Origin: Octopus vulgaris
Lineage: Eukaryota
Direction of reading: 5' to 3'
Assembly: GCA_951406725.2 (NCBI GenBank)
Contig: OX597814.1
Span: 177,320,001 to 177,384,000 of the forward strand
Length of the DNA stretch: 64,000 nucleotides
Translations under genes and position numbers: made by a program
Part shown: one piece after another, positions 44,639 to 58,399 of the stretch
How positions within the stretch are numbered: position 1 is the first letter of the stretch
Layout of the letters: each line of letters starts with the position of its first letter
The notes under the pieces: model-generated
What the model was told of the DNA's origin: nothing
The model's database searches: none
Seen by the model: only the letters and a program-made list of their open reading frames with translations

Positions 44639-45627
44639 TACGACAGAGAATCAAAAATTATATACGCACTCTAGATTTTTACAATGTATTTACACAAAAG
44701 CAGCGGTTAAACAAGTACGTTATTTTTCTATATAATCGCCATCTTTTTCGATGCATTTGATCCAGCTTAATCCATTTGCGTAATGGTTTCAACGGTCTGA
44801 GCGACCGTGTTTGGGCGTGCTTTATCATTCAACAAGAAAATTTTCTTAGACAATAGGCTTCGGCGTTTGGTGCGAATTGCTGGCTTCAGTTTGTTGGACA
44901 GCAAAGCACTCTATCCTGTACTGTTGATCGTACATCCCTTTTCTAGGTAGTCTTCCAGTATAGGCCATTTGATTCCCAAAAAAGTGTTAGCATCACCTCT
45001 CCCGCAGATGACTGAGCCTTGAATTTCATTGTCGCTGGTGAGCCAGGATGTTTCCACTCCATACTCTTTCTTTTGGATTCTGGACCAAGGATGGACCCAA
45101 AGTTCATAAGGATGGACCCAAAGTTCATCTCCTGCGACTATTGTGCACAAAAATTCCTCGCCCTCATTGTTGTAGCGATCGGATAAATGTTAACAGGCCT
45201 CAAGACGTTTGTGCTTGCGCTCTTTAGTAAACTCTCTTGACACACATCTGGCATAGACTTTATGGAAGCCGAGCAAAATCATGACTAATCAGCAGAGAGC
45301 GAGCTGCCTCATCGAAAATAACTTGCCGGTTCAGTGGTTGAGGTTGACGGGCTTCCCCGAATTGTGCTAAAATCCTCCGATGAATTTCAGAACCTGACAC
45401 ATCTTTCAGCAGAGAAATCGGATCAGTGTTCTTTGTTCTTTTTGGTGCACATTGCGAGTGAAGCGGCCCTGCTTATACTGTAAAGTTAGAAAGAAAAATG
45501 GCGCTTTCAGGCTCAAATTTCGATCACATGATCACAATAGTACCAACTATAAGAACGCATGCACAGAAGGCAGAGAATAAAAATATGTTATGTCGAAAGT
45601 GCAGATAATGTTTGACTTCCCTTCGCA
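44639..45627 (-). mobile_element. Tc1/mariner DNA transposon relic
   Basis: Frameshifted transposase segments IVAGDELWVHPY and PESKRKSMEWKHPGSP..KFKAQSSAGEVMLTLFW match the mariner GDE.W / SAGKVM.TVFW motifs. Degenerate TIRs are TACGACAGAGAATCAAAAATTAT and its counterpart ending at 45627. There is an internal 21-bp tandem duplication at 45087-45128. Confidence 0.85.
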
Positions 45628-45711
45628 TATATATATACATATACACATATATATACACATATAATATATATATACATATATAATACACATACATATATAA
45701 TACACACACAC

Positions 45712-45771
<60 letters not shown>

Positions 45772-45871
45772 CATATAGAAACTGTACAATATATATATAT
45801 ATATATATGTACATATATAATATACATATATATAATATATATAATATGAATATATATATATTATACATGTA

Positions 45872-45903
<32 letters not shown>

Positions 45904-45959
45904 TATATATATAGTATATATATAATATATGTATATAATATATATATATGTATATATTC

Positions 45960-46161
45960 AAAATGTGACCGCGTGTGTACCGTTGTCGATTTTTTTCCCT
46001 CTGTCTTCCGTCCTCTGGATCTTTCCTTCTCCTCGACGAAGAGTTCCGCTCGAAACGTTAAACCCTCCTTCTTCCCTTCCTTTCTGAGAGACGAATAATA
46101 CTATATTTGTTCCACGTCCTCGCGTTGTGTTTTCTCTTTGTGTTTTCACGTTTGGATTAAC

Positions 46162-46163
<2 letters not shown>
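45960..46163 (+). mobile_element. Approximately 200-bp hammerhead-bearing repeat (Penelope-like terminal repeat or retrozyme-like), copy 1
   Basis: aaatgtgacc..gtgtgtaccgttg..cgacgaagagttccgctcgaaacgttaaaccctcc..gttccacgtcctcgcgttg..gtttggattaact, clearly homologous to 48161-48353. The 5' strand of stem I is deleted in this copy, which sits between (TA)n tracts. Confidence 0.65.
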
Positions 46164-48120
<1,957 letters not shown>

Positions 48121-48160
48121 TACATATATATATATATTATACATATGCGTATATATACAC

Positions 48161-48348
48161 AAATGTGACCTCGTGTGTACCGTTGGCGATTTTTTTTCCT
48201 CTATCTTTCCTTCTCCTATGTTTCCGACGAAGAGCTCCGCTCGAAACGTTAAACCCTCCTTCTTTCCTTCTTTCCTGAGCGTCCAATAATACGGTATTTG
48301 TTCCACGTCCTCGCGTTGTTGTGTTTTTTTGTGTTTTCTTGTTTGGAT

Positions 48349-48353
<5 letters not shown>
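48161..48353 (+). mobile_element. Approximately 200-bp hammerhead-bearing repeat, copy 2
   Basis: Direct-repeat homolog of 45960-46163 with different indels. It contains the motif at 48220-48254 and is flanked by (TA)n. Confidence 0.65.
48220..48254 (+). ncRNA. Minimal hammerhead-like motif (Penelope-associated dimer type, variant core)
   Basis: GUUU CCGACGA A GAGC UCC GCUC GAAA CG UU AAAC: stem I GUUU/AAAC, stem II GAGC/GCUC, palindromic ACGU in place of stem III. The core has C at the conserved U4 position. Confidence 0.6.
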
Positions 48354-48405
<52 letters not shown>

Positions 48406-48578
48406 GTAAAATTAAAATCAAAATGAGGGTGAAAAATTTGATATTAATTTGATAACATCAATTTTAACACCAGTGGTCTAGCATGTATATAATATATATA
48501 TATTATATCTATAAATAATATATATACATTTATTATATTCATAACACATATACATATAATATATATATACATGTAATA

Positions 48579-48609
<31 letters not shown>

Positions 48610-48790
48610 CTTAATAATTAGGGTTCAGCAAAGATTTGCTTTACCACATACCGAAGTTTAGAAATAGCAGCCAAAATATCTTAGCTATTTCTTCTACTTT
48701 AAAAAGGGACTCCTAGAGAAACCAAAATACTTGAAAACAATTCACATAAGCAGAGAGTAAAGCAACTAAAATCAATCAATATCTGGTCAT

Positions 48791-48871
48791 CCATGGACGC
48801 GCGTTTCGGAATTAGGTTGGCATAAAGAATATAGAATTATACTTTACCAACAATTTTCCTCATCAGCATGG
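48791..48871 (-). ncRNA. Type I hammerhead ribozyme with intact core, on the sense strand of the nAChR intron
   Basis: Minus strand reads CCAUG CUGAUGA GGAA...UUCC GAAA C GCGC G UC CAUGG. Stem I is CCAUG/CAUGG, the core is CUGAUGA, stem II is GGAA/UUCC extended by GUUGG-UAAAG/CUUUA-CCAAC, and stem III is the palindrome ACGCGCGU, with a GUC cleavage triplet. Confidence 0.85.
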
Positions 48872-49373
48872 CATTCCTCAATAAGTCGAGGGTACTGGAA
48901 TAATTGAATATATCTCTCCACCTAACGGTATCAGACATATCATATTCAGTGTTAGTACCGCCAAACTCAAAATATGAATGAGGTTCGTTTAGCTTCCCCC
49001 GCACATCCGCGTGTATCTTCAAGTAAAATACTACAGAAAAAAACCTGCAGTTTGTGACAGACAAACATACATACACATATATATGTGAACAAAAATTATC
49101 TATTGATATTTCTTTATGAACGTTCATCACGGTAACGTGTACAGAATTTTTGTAGAGAGAGAGACGGTGACTGGATATTATCAACATTTCAGCTTGCCCT
49201 GGTAGCTTACGGTATTTTAAAAATTTGAAGCAATACCTGCATGATGTAGAAAATCAGAAGTACTGTAGTATTGTTCTATATATCACTGCTCAACCACTTC
49301 ATTGTACGTGTATTGAATATGTACAATCACATATAAAGATTTGCGTTTGAAAAATGATTCCATTTTCATGGCC

Positions 49374-49427
<54 letters not shown>

Positions 49428-49523
49428 TCAATAATAATATAGGGTGAAATTAATTAATTTAGAATAATCATCAATTTCACCAAGTAGGTTTCGGCATGTA
49501 AAAGCCCCATTCAAGGAAGGTTT

Positions 49524-49598
49524 AAGTAATACTAAGTAATTAAGGGTTTAGCAACGATTTGAGGCAAATCGTTGCTAAACCCTTAATTACTTAGTATT

Positions 49599-49602
<4 letters not shown>
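49524..49602. repeat. Perfect 38-bp hairpin with 3-nt loop
   Basis: AAGTAATACTAAGTAATTAAGGGTTTAGCAACGATTTG agg CAAATCGTTGCTAAACCCTTAATTACTTAGTATTACTT, with no mismatches. Confidence 0.95.
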
Positions 49603-49637
<35 letters not shown>

Positions 49638-50133
49638 ACGAATACAAACAATATATATTTCCACACTCATACACAGACACAATCATATACATATGCACTT
49701 GTATATGTATGACATACATATATACATATATACGCATGAAAGTGTACGTACTCACACGACTTCCCACACATAATTACATATCTTAATTAAAAGTAATACT
49801 TTTTGTTTTTTCCTGTGCAGTCTTCCGGCTTTTTCTCGTATTACTGAGGTTATTTCCTCAACATCTGATTCCATCACACTTCATTTAAAACATTCTGTCC
49901 AATTTACAAACCGTAAGCTATTTGAATTCAGTTTTTTCTACAATGCTTTTAAATAATATATATTTAATGTTTATATTATTCTCACTTACGCTTCATTGTT
50001 TTGTAAGAATAGAATTTTCATAAAAAGAACATATTAAGTGGCTACCAAACCAGAAATTTAAATAGCAGTATATAATTATTTGCATGCCTACACTCACACA
50101 CACATATATACATACATACATACATACATACAT

Positions 50134-50176
<43 letters not shown>

Positions 50177-52752
50177 TGCTTATATACTACTTATACACAA
50201 GTATATAATCAACGCACTCATATATTTATAACATCTTGTTCACTATAAAAAGATTTGTTAAAGGTTGTAGTATGGGCCAGAAAACCTATGATTATATGTC
50301 ATCTGTATCAGGGTTGACGTAGACCTAAGCAACTGCAACGTATATGAAAACTGAATTTTGAAAGCAGGCAAAATAACATGAATACTGTAAAAGTCTGAAT
50401 CCTTTATGAACAGTGATGCATAGTCCGGTTATAAACAGTCCTGCAAGACATTGTATTCGACACTGTAACGCTGATATGTTCATGTGTCATCGATTATCCG
50501 AGACTGAGTGAAATTAAAAATAATGGAAGTTCAGCGGCGTCACTATATGCTGGTTAACTCTCCTTAAGTTCTGATTCCAAATTCCAAATCCTGGTAGTGC
50601 TAATATTGGCTTCTATGAATATAGCGTAGAAAATTTTATTGCCAGTAATATAACTTGGAAAGATGCTACCTGCTACACATTTCTACTAAAATGTGTGTCC
50701 TATAACGATACAAACACGTCCTCGCAGATACATATAACCTCAAGCTTAACTATTATAACAAAATGCATGCAAAACTGTGGAGGACCACCCTCGCAATATG
50801 ATTGATTAAAGGTACATCTAATACTACACAGGTTTACCTAAAAAAATATGTCATAATTACATTTACAGACACGTGATATTTTAAAATATAAATGTGTGGA
50901 AACACCTAATGTAGCTATGCAACGGTTTATATCACGGTTTAAATCTAAATGCGGTAAATATATTTAATATGACTTCAGATTTTTGTACCTGCTCTCGTAA
51001 ACATAACTAAAATATCGGTATTTAATCGTATATTTCAACTTTTCTCCAATAATCTTAAAAATGAATGAGGTAACACCAATAAATATATATCCAATTATCT
51101 GGCGAGAAATTTTTTAAACACATTAAAAGTCATATGTATAATTAATGAACTCCTCGTAATTAATTATATATATTAATTCGTGGTACATTTTGTAAAAAGA
51201 GAAAAAAAACGATGGTTTGAAGTGGCCTACATAAACGCTGGCTCGCAATGGCCTACTTCAATGGAAAATATGAAAATGGATTCTGGTCTAAATTCACAAA
51301 ACACCAGTACTCAATTTTAAATGTTTGAATATTGTTTTCTGTTGATTAAGAACAACATCCCATGTTTTTATGTAGTTATAAATGAGACACTCATTAGAAT
51401 TTAGGCCATTCGTTCTTTTTTTTTTTTTCGAAACGTATACATGAAGGGAAATTATATACTACAAGCCGTGATAAGAAATCGTTTCACGTTCTTGAAATAC
51501 TGAGAGCTTACTTCTTGTTGCTCTCTGACACTCGCCACATATTATGTTATAATGTTATATTATAGCGCCATGACATTTAGCTGTGTGATAAGCGAACAAA
51601 CATGCATCAAAGTTACGTTAAACCTGCCATTTGTGAAAGGTAATAATATCAGGCAATATATGTACACACACGCACACACACACAGACACACACACAGATA
51701 CACAGACACACACACACACACACACACACACAGATTTGTTACATGTAAGCCAGTTATTTAATAAATTGTATATGTCTACTTAGCATTATGAAAGAAATAT
51801 GAAAGACGAGAATATTATTTCAATACTAGTCTCCCTCTAATAAATTATTATTTCCAAACTTAGACTAATTTATCTACTTTGGTTAATTTATAGCATTTGT
51901 GTTATAATTCTGTGTTATATAGAAACGTAGATTAATTTATAACAGTTGTGTGAGATGAGTTCTGTGATATTGAGGACAGTGCTCAGCATAAACTAGTCTG
52001 TGAAGTTGCTTCTATGTCCGATGTTTAGCTACTTTATTTCACTAACATCAATAATGAATTTTAAGCATATACATTTCGCTATCCAATGAATTTCATTCTA
52101 TGCGGGAAATCAATATAAGAGAGAACTTGTAGATCCAGAGTAGCTGCTTAAATAATGCGTATTCGGGTTGTAGACGTAAGTGTTGTACGTTCGCTTCTTG
52201 GTTTATGCGTTTGTAAGTGGGTGATTCACTAATGTAAGTTGGAAGGAATGTCTCTTATATGTAACGTGTTCGAGTTGTAACATAATATGTTACAGTCCCA
52301 CTTTCAGTTTCCGTCTACCAAATCCACTCACAAGGCTTTGGTCGGCCCGAGGCTATAATTGCTCCAGTTCACTCAAAAGGCAGTTCATAGAAATAATCCA
52401 ATTTCAGTGATTTCTTAAAGAGGCATAAATAAAGAATATTCAGATGGCAAGTTTATAAAATAAAAACATGGAAATAAATGCAGTAGTGTAATGAGCGCAA
52501 GCAAGTGGTAACAAGGATTAACCTTGCATATGAATGGGAACCAAATATATATGTATGCGAGACAGGAAAATTGTATGTGTTCATATAAATTGAAATTTAT
52601 ATGAAGTAGAGTGGAAACTAATATTAATCAAATGAGTTGCATGTAGTTGGTGGAGGAAACAGAAAACGCGACATGTCGAAGAATCCACAACTAGTTTGAA
52701 ACTGCCGCTTCGCTGGTGTACTGAGTTTCTTTCAGCTGAAGCGGATCCCTGC

Positions 52753-53332
52753 CGTTTTATTCATACGCTTCCGGATCTGATTAGCTGGACTCTTCAACTG
52801 CACAACTGAATTATGCCACAGCAACAAACTAAATCTTTCCTGTCTCACTATACTACCCTCCTGCAGACTTCAAGTCGACATAAACAAGAAAAAGGGGAAA
52901 TGCAAAGCAAAGGAAGAAAAAATACAAAGCGAAATATTCCAAACAATGGCAAAAGGAAAATACATTGCATACATGAGCAGTCACCAAATATCCACACACT
53001 GGAAAAAACAACATGAAAGTATTAAGAAAAGAAAACAAGCATGCAAAAAAGGGTAATAACAGGCACTAAGGGCCAGTTCATATACAAATAGTTTCACAAA
53101 GCCTCTCGGGCCAGTGGACCGCTGCGAGTTGTTGTAGCGTATCTTGGTGAAGGTGGGGGGTGACGTTTGTGGGACAGTGTGTGTAGGGGGTGTATATGTG
53201 AGCGGTGTGTATGTGATGTGTATATGGCTTCGTTTTTTTCATACGCCTCCATCTTGTATTGGATGGAATCTTCCACAACACAACTGAACTATGCCACAGC
53301 AATAAAATAGATCTTTCCCGTCTCGCTACACT
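52753..53332. repeat. Pair of diverged approximately 100-bp direct repeats (52753-52854 and 53231-53332)
   Basis: Both contain CGTTTT..TTCATACGC..GGA.TCTTC..CACAACTGAA.TATGCCACAGCAA.AAA.TA.ATCTTTCC.GTCTC.CTA.ACT. Confidence 0.7.
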
Positions 53333-53681
53333 GTCTCTGTTTGAAAGAGACTACAATTTTCGTGGTTTAATCAATAGTTGCAGTTGAAAAATAAATGACT
53401 TCAGTTGCCTGAAAAGATAATTGGTAAAGTAGCTTTTGAGATGTTACCTTTCAAAAATTCCTTCCTTAGTTTATTAAACTGCATATTAGTCATAAATCAT
53501 TTTAAGAGTATTACTTCTGAAAACTTAACGCTTCATCTAACGGGATGTTGAACTGCTAAGCATCACGGCACAAATTCTAAAGGTAAATTTCCGGGATTAC
53601 GCACTTCTGTTGTTTTCAGATACGTATTTATTGCTGTATTTCTTAAACTATATTTACTTAAAATGGACAACAAAATCTTAC

Positions 53682-53765
53682 CAAGCAAAGGCACGGTTGA
53701 TGCTGACGGTAAACTGGATTCCAAAATAACCAAGAGTAAGAAAAACGCCACAAAAATGTTAATAC
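53682..53765 (-). CDS. nAChR subunit, TM2 (pore-lining helix) exon
   Basis: Acceptor ttttatattctag|GT ATT and donor CTT G|gtaaga; 84 nt, phase 1 to 1. Encodes (G)INIFVAFFLLLVILESSLPSASTVPLL(G), the M2 helix and M2-M3 loop ending in VPLLG. It is in frame with both neighbouring exons. Confidence 0.95.
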
Positions 53766-55611
53766 CTAGAATATAAAACAAATAAAGAAACATAATTAAT
53801 ATAGTTAACATTAAGAAAATTCTACACATTTAGTCTTTTCATTTTGCAGAGAGCAACAATTCAAAGAAAAAACTTGTTACAAAGAAAGAAAAAATTAAAG
53901 TTCTTGGTTAATTGACGAGTGAAGTCATTTGGTTTTCCGTATTAGTATGAAGATGATAGAAATGATAGGAAAATTTTCAGCTTCCTACCAACATGAGAGG
54001 TTTACTTAGACCCCAGCGGCTCAGTTGGCAATTAGATCAGCGACTAGTTGATATTGACTGTGTGTAGGAGTCTCAAATTGCAGAAAAATCCAAGAACAAG
54101 CAGGAACACGTTTCCCGAGATAAATTTGAAATTATATCTTAGCCTGTGAAAGAGTTACAGAAACTATGAGTGATTTTCTCAACTTCTTCGGCTCGCGTAA
54201 ACGACACTGTAGAGAATACTAATGCCCACATCATTTAACAGATACCAGCCAAATTGAAATGGAACAAAACTGTTCATTATGTAGTTGCCGTTAATGCTGT
54301 ATCTAGCACAGTTTCTCAATTCTCTTTAGTCCCCTGCTATTCTCTCTCACATTCTGAAAGTGAAACTGAAATTAGAGGAGACCATTATGCTCTCACTATA
54401 AGTAGATGCACGAAAATTCTGTCCGTGTAAAAAAAAAAAAAGTAACTGTTAGTGTGATCTTTTATAACTAGTTGTACTAAGCGAATAGCTGCTTTAATTT
54501 TACGTACTTCCACCATCTTACCAAATAAGCTATTTCATTTCAAAAGCTTCCAGGATTCAGAGTAACTGTCTTTTTCTGTGACCATCAAGGACCTTCATGA
54601 ATTGTTACTCGGCGTTGCTGGAATACAACTAACAAGTTTAGGATTCTATAATGGGTATTTTTATGTTGAACATTAATGTGTTGAGACAAACAGTAATCTT
54701 TCCATTAGTCCGCCAAAGCGAAGAGTAAGATATGTTGTATTCCACCAGAAATCAAATTGGATAAAACACATCTCTGTTAAAATTTCTTTTGAATTCAAAG
54801 AAAATTTATGAAGAAAACAAAGTTGGCGTTTTCTTATATCATAAAGTAAAAAATATCAATGAATACAGTCAAGAATACACTTCAGAGAATCCCGAAAAAA
54901 AATCAAACTTTTCACATTTATCTGCATTGCAAAAACAAAGTATATGCACATAAAAAATTCCTTACGTAAAGTCTTGTTATATGTTTAGTCATTTAAGTCT
55001 AAAATAATATGTTTCAAAATCTTCTAAATATTTGCTCCACGAGCAACACCATCTACGTCTTTGAGGATGTATTTGGACACACACACACAAATAGTTAAAA
55101 GGCAAAGAGGATAACTACGGACAATTCCGAAACTTCATGCTGCTAATTCCAAATTATAAGATCAAAATTTATACCTATATCTGTTGAAGCGCTTGGCTTT
55201 GTCTGTATATCCCTAAATGACAATCTGATTAAAGCTAGGGTTTTCAGAAAACGAATTAATTCAATTAACTTGCACATTGCAAATACAATCTGTAAGTAAA
55301 AATATGCAAGAATTTTCAGAAGTTTAAAAAGTGACTTGGCTTTTGTTATCTACTTTCCAACGATGGAGCTTTGCATCTTTGTTAGAAATCAGCTCCTTCT
55401 CCAGAAGAAGAATTCAAGTAATATATATATATACATATATATACAAACATATACTCACACAAACATACACTTATATGAATTTAAAGAGAGACAAAAAAAG
55501 AGATGATATATATATATATATATATATAATATATATATGCACACACACAAATATACAGACTTTATAACATATTTAATATACATATATATATATACATACA
55601 TATATATTTAC

Positions 55612-55654
<43 letters not shown>

Positions 55655-55786
55655 CATGTAAGTATATATATATATACATGTATATGCATATATGTATATA
55701 TATTCATAGATATATATATATACGTATACATATATATGTACATATATGTATATATACATATATATACATATATATACATGCATATA

Positions 55787-55821
<35 letters not shown>

Positions 55822-55910
55822 ACATATATACATGCATAAATATATGTACATATACATATATACATATATATGTATGTATGTATATATATATATATATATA
55901 CACATATATA

Positions 55911-56002
55911 GGCGCCGGATTGGCTGTGTAGTAAGTAGCTTGCTTACCAAACACATGGTTCCAGATTCAGTCCCTCTGCGTGGCACCTTGGCCAAGTGTC
56001 TC
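55911..56002 (+). mobile_element. SINE family A, 5' fragment
   Basis: GGCGCCGGATTGGCTGTGTAGTAAGTAGCTTGCTTACC...TGGCACCTTGGCCAAGTGTC matches the family head. Confidence 0.8.
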
Positions 56003-56600
56003 CAAATACATAGGCTCTGAGCACATGAGCCTCGAAAATCAGAATGATTGTAAATGAGAAATCACGATAAAAAGCGAGAGGAAGATCACTGCAAAAGATT
56101 GAGTTGTGATTTTAATTTCCTTTCTTTTCTTTGTACATTTCTTCACCCTTCCACTTTTTGAATCAATCTTCTCATTTTTTTCGTGATTTGTCATGTAGTA
56201 GCGTACTGATTTTTGAAAATAAAACAGACCAAGTTCTCAGAGCCTCGCGACTGCTTGGAGACACAAGGCATGTTATAAAAACCTACCGAGACATGTCTCC
56301 AAATCAAGAACCTATAAGTAGCTCGTAATTTTTATACTGTATACATTAAGTGTTGTTTATCTCTCATTGGATAGATGAGTTTTTTGTTGATTCTATCTTA
56401 CCGGAACAGTAAACTACACACACACACAAACACACGCACACGTACACACACACATACACATATACACACATTAACTGATTTGATGTTATATTAATAATAC
56501 AAAATATTGTTAAACATGTGGTCGCATGGCATATGTTTGTCGTTAAATCTTTATTGCAATATAAATCTAGACAATACATATCATTAATTTAGTAAAATAC

Positions 56601-56834
56601 TCTTTTACTCTTTTACTTGTTTCAGTCATATGACTGTGGCCATGCTAGATTACCGTCTTTAGTCGAGCAAATCGACCCAAGGACTTATTCTTTTAAGCCT
56701 AGTACTTATTTTATCGGTCACTTTTGCCGAACCGCTAAGTTACGGGGACGTAAACACACCAGTATCGGTTGTCAAGCGATGTTTAGGGGAACAAACCCAG
56801 ACACAGAAACATATACACTCACAAACATACATGT

Positions 56835-56869
<35 letters not shown>

Positions 56870-57175
56870 GGGGGAGTTTAGGAAAGAGACAAAAGACGAA
56901 GACAGGTGGTGTACAAAACAAACAGATGTATTAGTATAACGCTCAGGAATAGAAAAAGTCTTTTACGTTTCGAGCCTACGCTCTTCTACAGAAAGGGACA
57001 CAGAAAACAAACGACGGGCTTCTTTCAGTTTCCGTCTACCAAATTCACTCACAAGGCTTTGATCGACCCGAGGCTATAGTAGAAGACACTTGCCCAAGGT
57101 GCTACGCAGTGGGACTGAACCCGGAACCATGTGGTTCGTAAGCAAGCTACTTACCACACAGCCACTCCTACGCCT
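56601..57175 (-). mobile_element. SINE family A, full length, with a hammerhead-bearing insert at about 56870-57010
   Basis: Reverse complement of the 40262-40672 family, with an extra approximately 140-bp segment inside its microsatellite. Confidence 0.85.
56960..56995 (-). ncRNA. Minimal hammerhead-like motif (variant core), on the sense strand of the nAChR intron
   Basis: Minus strand CUUU CUGUAGA A GAGC GUAG GCUC GAAA CG UA AAAG has the same architecture as 48220-48254. The core has U at the conserved A6 position. Confidence 0.55.
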
Positions 57176-57304
57176 TTAAGAAATTTATGCACATCTTAAT
57201 ACACTCTTGAATCAAAACTTTTGAAATTCGACGCTGAATAAAGAAAAAAATCAATAGAAGAAAAATATACAGTAAAAACAATAAAAAACATTCGCATTAC
57301 TTAC

Positions 57305-57680
57305 CCAAAGCCATCTTGGCTGGGGATTCCGGAGGTATCCAGAAGAGAACCAATGTAAGAGTTGAAAGTAAAATGCACGGCAAAATCAATAGGTAGTTGT
57401 AAAAGGCCGAACGCCGCCTGACCTTAAGTGTAAAAGTCAGATCAAGATATGGCTCTGGACAGCAAGTATAATACTGTACATTTCGGCGGGCAGGAGCTTC
57501 GATTATTTCCCATGCATTACTGGGCATGTATTCAGACAGATCGATTTTGGTTAAGTTGTCCAGAAAATTAACATCCAGTTTATTACCGTCGTACGTCCAT
57601 GACCCAAATTTTAGAACACATTCTTGTTCATCAAATGGAAAATGGCTGATGTCTATAGCACATGAACTTTTGTAGATAAC
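57305..57680 (-). CDS. nAChR alpha-type subunit, exon encoding Cys-loop, loops B/C, TM1 and the M1-M2 linker
   Basis: Acceptor tttatag|GTT at 57680 and donor TTG G|gtaagt at 57305 (376 nt, phase 0 to 1). Translation: VIYKSSCAIDISHFPFDEQECVLKFGSWTYDGNKLDV...QYYTCCPEPYLDLTFTLKVRRRSAFYNYLLILPCILLSTLTLVLFWIPPESPAKMALG. It contains the C-x13-C Cys-loop, loop-B WTY, loop-C vicinal CC and TM1. Confidence 0.97.
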
Positions 57681-58399
57681 CTATAAATATGGGACGAAAT
57701 AAGTGATGTCATCTTTTAGCAAGACATTATTGACTTACGATAAAGTAAAATCGTTACGAATATAATTATTAAATTAATATAATTATTAAATTAAATTAGA
57801 GATTTGATAAGCAAAAATCCCCAAAACTGACACAAATATTGGTGGTTCTAAGAACATTTTGTCTCTCTTGGTTTGGGGTTCATAAAGTGTTTAATGCGAT
57901 TTTAATTTAACTTAATGCTTATAACAGTAACACATATATTAACACAATATCGTCGATTTAGATTTAAAGAAGAGAAAAGAATTTAAAATCGTTTATTGTT
58001 TAATATAACACCAATTTCAAAGAAGGTAGAAACTCAGATGCCGACTTTATTCACAGTAGAGAAATTGCTAAAAACTTACATCACAATATAAAGCATCAAA
58101 ATCAACAACAGCAAGAAGAAGAAGAAGAACAACAACAACAACAAGAACAACAGCAACAACAACAACAACAGAAGCAGAGGCAGAAGCAGCGATTGACTGC
58201 AGGAACTCGGTATGTGATTGTTAATTCTTTTATCAACCCCTCGAGGGTGAAATGCAAATCAAGCTCCCCAGCATTCCCATTCAATCCCTAAAGCGACGTA
58301 ATTGAATATCACAAGGCTTTTAATCTTGCTTTGAAGCAATTCTGTTAGTTACTACAATCGATAACACCAATAATATAATTCGTTCTACTTAAACACAGA

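Noticed and set aside
48837-49187. 116-aa minus-strand ORF next to the ribozyme
   Set aside because: No recognisable RT or GIY-YIG motif, and it includes a microsatellite-derived segment.
49478-49520. GGC..GCCGAAAC on the minus strand as a hammerhead
   Set aside because: No CUGANGA core and no valid stem III or cleavage triplet.
57305-57680. Assignment as an octopus chemotactile receptor
   Set aside because: Loop-C vicinal cysteines and the aromatic ACh-site residues are intact and the linker is anion-type, unlike that atypical clade.
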